The notes below the pieces were generated by a model. The model did not search any database. It was not told the DNA's origin and saw only the letters and a program-made list of their open reading frames with translations. DNA of 64,000 bases, from contig OX597818.1 in assembly GCA_951406725.2 (NCBI GenBank), positions 57,970,001 to 58,034,000 on the forward strand, read 5' to 3'. The number at the start of each line of letters is the position of its first letter. Position 1 is the stretch's first letter. The translations under genes were made by a program, and so were the position numbers. The DNA comes from Octopus vulgaris (Eukaryota). Shown in pieces: positions 54,252 to 64,000 of this stretch.

Positions 54252-56819
54252 AATGTGTTGCAATCTCTACCGATCATAAATATGTAGGAATATTCCCCGA
54301 TTCCTTAAGTTTGCTAATGCCTCTCTCCATACTATTACTTTACCTCAATATACGCTATATATTTTGAATCCTTTGTGTGTTCCGTATATTTTATCAAATA
54401 AAATTACCTTCTACCCCACCCGTTTATTCTGCTTGTGCTTGTTCTAGGGTAGAATTATTTTCAAACCACATATCTGAGCTGAATGCTTGCAGCGGAGTGG
54501 ACTTCACTAAACGCACCAAAGCACCTCTTGGTGATATTAATCCCGCATAGTGATAACATCTACTCTCCAAAGCAAAGACCAAAAATATCAATACAAAGCC
54601 ACTTGCCTATTAAACTAACGAGTGACTGGTCTGCTCCTTATTTATGATTCTTTGGTTCTTGGCATGTGTCAAGCAGCAATGTTTTACAGATTATAATCTG
54701 TTGTGTCTGGGGAGAGTCATTTTCTGTTTGTGCCTTATAATGTAACACTCTCAGCGGTAAAATTTCCACTTATTTTTTTATTTTATTTTCCTAAAATCCT
54801 CGTTGTGTCTTGCAAACTTTTCAATAGTCTTGACTCAACACACAAACACATATAATGAATCTTGCGAACCAAATTCAAAAACGAAATATCGATTATAACA
54901 TTTCCGATTTAATCGGCATATAAACATAGGTTTCAAAAAACTGTTTTAAGTATGTTTTATCAAATTTTGTTGTACATGTCTATCTGCAACTATTTACATT
55001 TATGTTTAAAATGTTATATCTATCAAATATAGGAAACGATCATGAAAATATATACATATTTTATAATGTATTTTGTTATATTTATGTTATATTCTATAAG
55101 TTATATTATCCTAATTATAAATACAGTTATTGATACGTTGTCCGATAACGCTAATCTAGAATTATTGTGATCAACCATAACTTGTAAACAGAACTGTGCA
55201 AACACATCGGACGTTTAGATTGAAATGTGAAGATAGTTTTGTCTAAACTAACATTTAGATAAGCAGTTACTGCTTATCTGAGAAAACGAAATATCGTTCC
55301 TGCTGGTAAGCATTAGATCACAGATTTGCTCGAATAGTTTTTGCGTAAGCCTAAGCAGAATTAAAGCCATTTTCTTAGTCGATTATCATCTAATTCTTGA
55401 GAAACTGTCTTTCGTTGATCAGCCAATTATGAAGTATTGCTGAAAATCCTCTACATTGAAAAAAAAACACGTCATATCCCCATGAAGCTAAATGCTGCTT
55501 ACTGAAGATACAGGTTGCCTGCCGCATTGCAATGGACACTAAATTTTCGGATAATCATGAATGGTTGAATTGTATCTATTTGTGGAGTGTTGAGTGTCTT
55601 TTACAACTATAATTAGATCTCATAAGTGTGGAGTTTCATAAACATCATGAGTTGTCATTTTACTTAGAAATGTTACAATTTTTTTCAACCTGTAGAAAAG
55701 ATTTCGGGTTGTATTGTACAGCATTTACGGTTTCCGATCTTAAAGGTGATTGCCACATTACCGGCTTTTATCACTCTACATATTATCCTGCTATATTAAA
55801 TGCATTCATTTTCCCGATTAGGTTGGGGCTATTACAAATCTGATAAGTATAATCTGTATTTAACAATCTCCGTATTGTTAAATGCTAAACAGTCTTGCTT
55901 TACACAACTAATAATGGGCATTAAGTCTCTGTTGTAGCATAAATGCTTATCACACTTCACTAATCCAGGAGCATTAGTATATTTAATCCATAACAGTGTT
56001 GTCATGCATCTTCCCATCTATACACGTAATATTCAAAGAATCGCCCATTCTCACGTTATACAAGGTATTTCCCGTTCTCCAATTACATTTAAGATTGTAA
56101 CAAAGGAAAGACGAGCAGGATTTTATATGACTCACAGTAAAAGATCGCGAAAATAATTTAAGGAATGTCCATATTATGTCAAATACGTCATAGTCAAACA
56201 AAACATTGAAAAATGAATTCAATATATTACTTACGAAATTGAAGCTACGGTGATATTCAGGACAATATGAGCAGGAATTATTAGAAGATTTTGTGATGCT
56301 GAAAAATATAAGATAAATTTGTTTTATTTTTATTAAAAAGAAAATCAATGAAATATCAGTAAACTTTAACATATAAAAAGCATAAATGTCTGGTTACAAT
56401 TTAAAAAGAATATCTTGTGAATACCAATGAAGCAGTGTTATTTTTGAAGTTTAATGCAATCAATATCTAAGCGAATTGTAGGTGTTTAAAATAGAATGAT
56501 GGCTGGTTACACTTCATACTGGAGATGAGGGCGTGAATGTTTGGGAAAAATAAACTACGACCTGAAATATATAAATTATAGTGTTCCCAAATACAAATGT
56601 GATTCACAAGAGGTACTCTATATGTAAGGTAATTAATGTCTAAGTCTATATCCAGGCATCGACACCTACTTAGATGTTTAATTTCAAAGAATATATTGCT
56701 GTGTTTGCAGCGCGAACTTTTGCAACATGTTTTTACCGTATCCGCAAATTGACGAAATATTTCAGTTTAAAATCTATAAGAATTTGTGGAATCTTTATAT
56801 TATAAATATGCCAGATTTA

Positions 56820-56940
56820 AAGGCGGTAAGCTGGCAGAAACGTTAGCACACCGGGCGAAATGTTTAGCGGTATTTCAGCTGCTGCTACGTTCTGAGTTCA
56901 AATTCCGCTGAGGTCGATTTTGCCTTTCATCCTTTCGGGA
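56820..56940 (+). mobile_element. SINE family A, 5' half
   Basis: Head through gcctttcatcctttcggg. Confidence 0.8.
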
Positions 56941-57373
56941 TGTTGTAAATGTGAGTTCTTTAGATTTCTTGCATTCATAATCGGAGTGCAAAGTCACGTG
57001 TCTGTTGGAAATCTTTATCCTATGATGCTATTGTGAATGCAAATGTAAAACTTAGAAACACATTGACGTCAATTCGTTTGTTAGTCTTATTTATTATTTG
57101 GATATTTTTGATTTTCTGGAGAGTGCTTCAAATTCTCCACATAGTCTCTTACGCTGTTTAGCATGCGGAACAAACGTTCTTAATGATAATTAATATGTCT
57201 AATTGTCATTAGTCAACTCTTTGTAAAAGACAAGTTTCTGTTTTTTTTTGTTTTGCTTTTTTGCCACTTCAGACATTAAGATATATCAATTAGTGTTACG
57301 TGCTGATTTTGTCAATATGTATCTCAGAACACATATATAAAGACATGCACGCACGCACACGCACACAAATATA

Positions 57374-57900
57374 TATTTCTTTACTGCCCACAAGGGGCTA
57401 AACATAGAGGGGACAAACAAGGACAGACAGAGGGATTAGGTCGATTTCATCCACCACAGTGCTAAACTGGTACTTTCGGGGTCGATTAAATAAGTACCAG
57501 TTACACACTGGGGTCGATATAATCGACTTAATCCGTTTGTCTGTCCTTGTTTTTCCACTCTGTTTTTCCCCTTGTGGGTAGTAAAGAAATAGGTACTTTG
57601 TCGATAAATTAAGTACCAGTTACGCACTGGTGTGGATGTAATCGATTTAATCCCTTTGTTCTTGTTTATCCCCTCTGTGTTTTGCCCTGTGTGGGCAATA
57701 AATAAATAAGAAACGTTAACACGCTAGGTGAAATGCTTAGCGGTGTTTCATCTGTCTCTACTTCTGCCGAGGTTGACTTTGCCTTTCATCATCTCGTGCC
57801 CGATAAATTTAGTACCATTTGCATACCGGGGTCGATCTAATCGAACTATCCCCACCCCCCGCCAAAAATCGGGCCTTTTTCCTGGAGTAGAAAAGAATAC
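57374..57900. mobile_element. Rearranged family A cluster (inverted tail followed by direct partial units)
   Basis: 57374-57473 minus-strand tail joined to plus-strand units from ~57475. Confidence 0.75.
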
Positions 57901-58807
57901 TTTTGCCGACTTGGTACTTTTTATTTTAACAATTATTACATAAAAAAAAAAAACACGAGCGGCAAAATGTGTTTTTGCGCTAATGTAAGGAAATCGTGTT
58001 CAACATATTTTTAGAAAACAACTGAATAAACACTGAACTTTAAAAAGATTTATAATGTTTTGTTTAGACTCCTTCAGAAAATATTAAAAAAAAAGAACAG
58101 AAATGTATATCTCATTAATAACTTATTTGAAACATTTTAATCACATACGCGAAGAGACGTTATAGATATAAAATACTCCATTATGTTGCGTATTGAAAAC
58201 ACTTACCATGGAGATTTGAAATTGATTTCTAGCTTAAATTTTGCTATCAAATATTTACTTTATTTATAGCGTTTTATTAAATACAAATATTCCGATTTTA
58301 TATACTTTATAATTTCTTAAAGATAAATGAATCGAAATACGAATCTTATATAAATTTGACGTTTATTCGTTTAAAAACATTTCCAAACTATCTAATATAA
58401 TGAGTGGCCTTGGCGCCCTGATAACAATACGCCTCTTCAAAAGCTGAAATAAGTTACATAAAAGATAGAGACACATTGTGCGGTGTATATGAGGAATTAA
58501 GATACAATGTTTGTCTGAAGTGATGAGAATATGAATGAAAACCAGAAGGGAGTCGATGTTCATAGAAAAAAAATTGTTTTTGTAGCGACAAAAATGAGAA
58601 TTCCAAGAGTGAATCTCTGAACTTTGTTTTGTTTAAAATTGAATATCATCATGAATAATAAATTCGAAGGGGAATATGTTAAATCCCTGGATGAACAGAG
58701 ATACCTTAGACAGAATGTGGGCACCTATGTAGAGAAAATATAACCGCAGTCTTTTGTTTTCATTTGAGAGTCATACAGAGCAGAGGACTTCGCAAAACAC
58801 AATACAC

Positions 58808-58869
<62 letters not shown>

Positions 58870-58871
<2 letters not shown>

Positions 58872-59090
58872 CGATAGGAGAATGAATTATCCTATGTTTA
58901 TCGTCAACATGGAAAATTCAATGAACCGATACCAGGGTAGCAAATTCGCGTCAGAAACACGGTTGAAGCGACGTGTCCAATGGTAGAAACTCCGGGTTCA
59001 CGTGCAGAAATTTGTGTGTTATATATGAATAAATAAATGAATGGAGTTCAACGAGTTGAACGAAGATGTTCAACTCCATTCATTTATTTA

Positions 59091-59098
<8 letters not shown>
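58870..59098 (-). mobile_element. Family P1 remnant with terminal hairpin
   Basis: gggtagcaaattcgcgtcagaaacacggttgaagc is the reverse complement of the P1 tail; hairpin 59021-59098. Confidence 0.7.
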
Positions 59099-59129
<31 letters not shown>

Positions 59130-59139
<10 letters not shown>

Positions 59140-59409
59140 CATAAATGAGGGCAAAGGAAAATTTCTAATACGAAATATGCCGAAAAATTGGACATATTGT
59201 CCATTAACCATATAGTTTTTTCACTATATGGTTAATGGACAATATGTTCAATTTTTCGGCATATTTGGCATTAGAAAATTTTTTCCCTTCCCTTCATTTA
59301 TGAATTATATATAAATTTAACCGTTAAAGGTATTTTTTAATATGCTGGCCATTGATAAAATTGTTTTCGAGAATATATTTTTTTTCGAAAAGAATTTTAT
59401 CCTCACATT

Positions 59410-59412
<3 letters not shown>
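59130..59412. mobile_element. Fold-back insert between (TA)n tracts
   Basis: ~85-bp inverted arms 59130-59216 / 59223-59312 plus tail. Confidence 0.65.
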
Positions 59413-59462
<50 letters not shown>

Positions 59463-60249
59463 TATTTTAATTGTCTTCATCCCATTGCACTTTGTGCCGA
59501 GAAGTTTCTCTCTATTTAATCCATAGCAGCATGAAATTTGCTATTCTGCTCTGTCTCATAAGTAGTAAAACCTGTTCGTTTGTAATGAATACAAAATTTT
59601 TTACTATTCCTGTCAATAAATCATCCGCATCAAACGACTCTTTCATCTTTATCGAACAGAACCATCTTTTTCTATCTCATGTGTTGTTATTGACGGTTTA
59701 ATCTCAAAGGACAACATGTTCAACACAAATATATAATAATATTATATATTATAATATTCTAATATATAATAAAGTGACTTACTCGCGTGGGGAAACATGC
59801 TAATTCTTCTCGGACGATTCACACGTACACATTTATTTCCAGACAGCAATTTCTTTAATGTTGCCGGAAAAGCTCACAAAACATTAACACCGTGTTTAAT
59901 AGGACGAATATATACACTTACATGTGACCATCATTTGTCTTTCATTCGCAAACACAGAAGCATTCACTAGCATATGTACTCTATAAGAATTAAACTCACC
60001 TCCCTTACGCACACATAGGTATATGCAAAACATACGTGACACGCAAACATATTATCCACCCAAATTACATTAATAAGTATACAACCCAAGATTGTCTAAC
60101 CAATGAATTCCTGCATAACGTGAGCATGTATATATATCGTATACAGAAGCACTCGCCTTCTACAACAAACTAATGAAATTGTGTATGATAAATTTTATAC
60201 ACCGTAGTATGATAAAACGTTTAAAGAAATGTCCGTATGGTAATTGAAA

Positions 60250-60407
60250 CGGCCTCGATGGATTCCCAGCAATCCTTCTAAAAGTATGTAAGAGAGTGCT
60301 AGCAAGCCCACTGCAGTTCCTCTTTCAGAGTTTCCTTGCAACTGGCAAACTTCCAAGAAAACTGAAGGAAGGTAAAATATGCCCTATTCATAAGGGAGGT
60401 AGCAGAA
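60250..60407 (+). mobile_element. LINE reverse transcriptase N-terminal fragment
   Basis: GLDGFPAILLKVCKRVLASPLQFLFQSFLATGKLPRKLKEGKICPIHKGGSR. Confidence 0.8.
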
Positions 60408-61004
60408 TTTCTCCTTATACTCAACACAAACAACAGGAGACCAAAGCTGTTATCTCAATATAAGACCTATGTTTCTGTGTCGTTACGCTTCATGGGCTAT
60501 AGACACGGAAGCTGTTGTTTACTTGCCGTTCATATACGCAAAAGGGAAACGTAGTGAAGCTCGAAATAAGCTCCGATAATTGGAAATAAAAATTTTTACA
60601 TATATATTAAAATGAGTTCGTGGACAAACTAACTCTCTTAGAAGTGAAATTATCCCGAGGCAAACGTGTGCGATAACCCATGTCGTTAGCATATGAAGGG
60701 CCCCATCGGACTGTTAGATATTTGTTTCTGCTTCGTTACACTTCATGAGCTACAGGCACAAAATACGTCCTTCAAAGCCTGCTAAGAATTGTGGTTCTTA
60801 CATGTACACATGACTACAAACGCCCACATATCACGGACATGCATTTCTAAGAAAGCAGCTGGCACACACGCGTATATACACATAAGGCTTCCTTCTAACA
60901 TGCGAACACTGCCCAGAAACAGAGAACTACAACAAACATTAACAGTTACACTCGCATGTATGCACAATCTGCTCCCTCAAATGTATAGACACATACAAAC
61001 GCGC

Positions 61005-61300
61005 ATCCGTCGGTTAGAACGACGAAGGTCCCAGCTGATAGGATAACGGAACAGCTTGCTCGAGAAACTAATGTGCAGGTGTTGGGGCATATACCCTTAG
61101 ACAAATATACCCTTAACGTAGTTCTCAGGGAGATTCAGCGCGAGACAGCGTGTGACAAGGCTGGCCCTTTGAAATACAGTCCACTCAGTTTTGGCAGATG
61201 AGTGGACTGGACCAATATGAAATAAAGTATCTTGACCAAAGACAAAACGCGTCGCCGGGAATTGAACTCACGCCTAAACGATCGTGAGTCGAACGCCATA
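61005..61300 (-). mobile_element. Old SINE with family D-like head and family B tail type 1
   Basis: Minus strand gagttcaattcccgg...ggtcaagatactttatttca, then tatttcaaagggccagccttgtcac. Confidence 0.65.
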
Positions 61301-61449
61301 GCATTCACGATATAGACAAATATGCTGGATAAATATGAACCGCATAGAAAATTTTGAAACGAATGCATTTCCGTAAAAGAATACACGTATATATAATACG
61401 GTTTGGAATAGAATACTATGCAATCGCATACGGGCAGTCATACGCATAC

Positions 61450-61850
61450 CTATTTCTTTACTACCCACACAGAGGACAATCAAGGACAGACAAACAGATT
61501 AAGTCGATTATATCGACCCCAGTGCGTTACTGGTCCTTAGTTTATCGACCTCGAAAGGATGAAATGAAAAGTTGACCTCGGCGGAATTTGAACTCAGACG
61601 TAGCAGAAGACGAAATACCTATTTCTTTATTATCCACAAGGGGCTAAACATAGAGGGGACAAACAAGGACAGACATAGGTATTAAGTCGGTTACATCGAC
61701 CCCAGTGCGTAACTGGTACTTAATTTATCGACTCTGAAAGAATGAAAGGCAAAGTCGACCTCGGCGGAATTTGAACTCAGAACGTAGCCACAGACGAAAT
61801 ACCGCTAAGCATTTCGCCCGACGTGCTAACGATTCTGCCAGTTCGCCGCC
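61450..61850 (-). mobile_element. SINE family A dimer
   Basis: Two units joined at aaata-ggtatttcgtc. Confidence 0.85.
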
Positions 61851-62102
61851 TAGTAATACGCGTATCATCCTCATAATGCTGTTCGTCAGGTTCATTCACT
61901 GACGAACAGCTGCTAATTACAGCTACTAAACGAAATGGGCTAGATTTAAATATGTGTTATTCACGACTTTTAAACAAATAACCTTAATGCAAATATATAA
62001 CAAAACGTGAGCGTGCAGACACACACACTAACACACTCACTCACACAAAAACGCGCACATACACACATAAGACAGAATATTCACTGCTCAGAGAGAGAGA
62101 GA

Positions 62103-62221
62103 TGTTTACAGCACCTAGGTTTCCCAAGCGGGCACCTATCCAAGTGCCGAGTAGGCTGGACGCTGCTTAATTTCGTTGATCGGACGAGAACCGGTGCTTT
62201 CAAAGTGACATACGGTGCTCG
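62103..62221 (-). pseudogene. Diverged 5S rRNA copy
   Basis: Minus strand ttgaaagcaccggttctcgtccgatcaacgaaattaagcagcgtc...cacttggataggtgcccgcttgggaa...ggtgctgta follows the metazoan 5S sequence with many substitutions. Confidence 0.8.
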
Positions 62222-62529
62222 GTTATATTTTTAGCGTTGCTGACACATACATGTCACAGAATATATCCTGTTTCGTATTTTTCCAAAGGATTCAGTACAA
62301 AGAGGTATCACTCCGATCAAATAGTATGTGGTACTTTCGCTAGGTTTTATGTCCCATTTTCTTTCATACGCAAAACTCCAATACCTAATGGTTAAGCGAT
62401 ACGCGTTGAAAGGTTAGAAGACGAAAATATTTCTTCTCACGTTAGTGATTGTAATACACTTGTACACATGTATTATATATATATATATATATATGCATGG
62501 ATACATACATACATACATACATACATACA

Positions 62530-62561
<32 letters not shown>

Positions 62562-63879
62562 GCGTTCGATGGTTTTAGTTGGAGAACTGGACCCAAGTAT
62601 TCTGTACTTTAGAACACGGTATATATTTTGACGAACCGCTAATTTATCGAAATTCTTGTATTTGTGCCAGTATTTCGAAGAAGAAATATATCGAAACCAG
62701 TCGCAAATAACTGCGCTTTAGAAACTCCAAAGAGCTGAAGAAACCTGCTAACAAGAAATGGTCCTACTCGCTCTTCCACTCAGCATGACCGCAGTTTGAC
62801 AAACTGCATTCAGCATACAATCACAGATGCATAACCTGGACACAATACTGTAAACTTAGGTGTCTATATGATTTGGACTTCACAAAATACACCCTACTCC
62901 AGGCGACCATCTCAAACTTAGCGCTATGAAAGGGGCTTTCCAATGTGGATCCCGATAACCTCCTTTTCGCCTTAGCGATCTGGATGCTTTCTTTGCTGCT
63001 TGTAGATTACTTTGGATTCTGTTTTTCTACACATTCCTGTGATTCTTAGGTTTCAGTGTACATAATACGTGTTCTAGTTCCCTTTGAAATATCGGTGCAT
63101 TTGTAATTATTTAATAAGATAATATTAAATTAATCATTATTGGAATGCAATTAATTTCGCTTATATTTTTCTCTATAGGTATACAAAATTCCCAGCTTAT
63201 TCTCACACGAAAAACTTATACTAATTTCAAACCAAAACAATTAAATTATAAATATTCTTGCTTTATTTCTATATAAAGAATTCAACAGTATATTCACAAC
63301 CATATAGTCTGTCCTTAAAACAACGCTCTCTGTTCTTTCATGAGGGGTTCGTGTGATATAGTTCCTACAAAACTGCATCTGAAAACAATTAATCAATTTT
63401 TTTTATAAACGTTCATGCTAATGCAGCGAGGACTATTAGCAATATTAGTGAAACATTTCCGATGTTAAACCCTAGCTTCTATTTATTAGTTGAAATGGAA
63501 TCATAAATCTAAAATTCTACTGGTAATTACTTTGCTCTCGATGTTTATGTTTTAACTAATGTACATTAATCCGCGATACATTAACGCAATTCTAAATGAA
63601 AATTGAAAATATTTTGACACGTCCGTCCTTTTGAGAGATGAAATCTACAAATAAAGAATATTTTATAGCGGACATTAAGGTGTTTATCATCAATTCCCCA
63701 TTGGTGCATCTAAATGATAATATGCCTTTTAAAAAATAGAATAAAAATTAGGGGAAACGACTTGAAATTTCCCTTGCAACACAATACATTTAGCCAATGA
63801 GAATCGGAAGTCAAATCATGGTGAACCAAATATAAAATTATCTTTCATTCGTGGAAAACACGTAATAATCCTTTCCACT

Positions 63880-64000
63880 ATGGACACAAGGCTTGGAATG
63901 TTAGGGGAGAAGGCTAGTCGATTTCATCAACCCCCCCCAGAAGTCAACTGATTCTTAATTTCTCGACCCCAAAAGGATGAAAGGCAAAGTCGATCTCGGC
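63880..64000 (-). mobile_element. SINE family A variant, cut by window end
   Basis: cgaccccaaaaggatgaaaggcaaagtcga. Confidence 0.7.

Overview
AT-rich eukaryotic, repeat-dense DNA. The SINE families and dense (TA)n/(CA)n/(AAT)n tracts suggest an octopod cephalopod; this is inferred from memory, not searched. No intact host gene is evident, and most ORF-track entries are translations of microsatellites or SINEs. The window holds many tRNA-derived SINEs in four families (often with TSDs, some tandem multimers) and three non-autonomous Helitrons. It also holds two internally deleted mariners, a decayed maT/DD37D-type transposase, a truncated Gmr1-like Ty3/Gypsy element with LTR and tRNA-Pro PBS, CR1- and Tx1-like LINE fragments, and a diverged 5S rRNA copy. 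The most notable feature is a set of Penelope-like (PLE) and retrozyme-like inserts in (TA)n tracts, with fold-back ends and hammerhead ribozymes. The best case (1944-3240) is a non-coding ~490-bp tandem repeat with an intact type I hammerhead in each full unit, and its array begins about 6 nt from the predicted cleavage site. Many boundaries are approximate, read by eye.
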